Of a DNA stretch of 64,000 bases, positions 63,591 through 64,000 are shown in pieces. The notes beneath the pieces were generated by a model. It was not told where the DNA came from. It saw only the letters and a list, made by a program, of their open reading frames with translations, and did no database searches. Within the stretch, counting starts at the first letter, position 1. Every line of letters begins with the position of its first letter. Origin of the DNA: Mobula hypostoma (taxonomy: Eukaryota); NCBI RefSeq assembly GCF_963921235.1, contig NC_086097.1, positions 177,136,001 to 177,200,000 on the forward strand. Direction: 5' to 3'. Made by a program: the position numbers and the translations under genes.

Positions 63591-64000
63591 TTTGAACGTA
63601 CAAGAGGCGGAGTAGAGTAATGATAGTGCTAAATGGCAACTCCTTTGCTTGCATCTTCGGAAACAGCTCTATTTCCACCTTTAATATCTTTATTTTTCCC
63701 TTTCAGGGTTCTTTTGAAGACCTTGACCTGGAGTTACATGCTGACGCTTGGTTCTTTGTGGGAATGGGACCCGCTCTCAGGGTTTCACAACTGGCCGTTG
63801 TTTGACACGCCAAGGGCTTGGCCTAAGGGTCCGGCTCAGATTTGGGAGCCTAGGATCTCGGGGCTCTGGAGATGGACAGATTTTGCTGGTGGGGGAGGGT
63901 GGATTTTTGCTTGCTGCCACTTACGTGCGGGAGGGAGGGGAGCTGGAGGGGACTTTGGGGTCCTAACAGTTAACTGTCGTTCATTCTTTGGGTCACTCCT

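Overview
Vertebrate nuclear DNA made almost entirely of nested retroelement and transposon debris. The repeat mix (CR1/HER1-type LINEs, Rex1/Babar LINEs, V-SINE/HE1-like SINEs, Penelope-like elements) suggests a cartilaginous fish, probably a ray; this is an inference. I recognised no host protein-coding gene, and nearly all listed ORFs are LINE fragments or their antisense shadows. The window holds many CR1 and Rex1/Babar fragments, one RTE-clade LINE with a C-terminal C2H2 finger, five solo-LTR-like inserts, a pogo/Tigger remnant and many Penelope-like (GIY-YIG) pLTR pieces. The best signals are RNA-structural. (1) Short fold-back Penelope pLTR cassettes with 12-14 bp target-site duplications carry minimal type I hammerhead ribozymes (AGUC-CUGAYGA-stem II-GAAACGUC^GACU). 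One cassette has two intact hammerheads in tandem 57 nt apart (5526-5618, minus strand). (2) A degenerate twister-like ribozyme sits at the 5' end of a ~280 bp non-autonomous RTE-derived element (20563-20621). A TE-free island at ~29.06-29.88 kb has splice and poly(A) signals compatible with the 3' end of an unrecognised transcript. Fragment boundaries are approximate unless a TSD is given.
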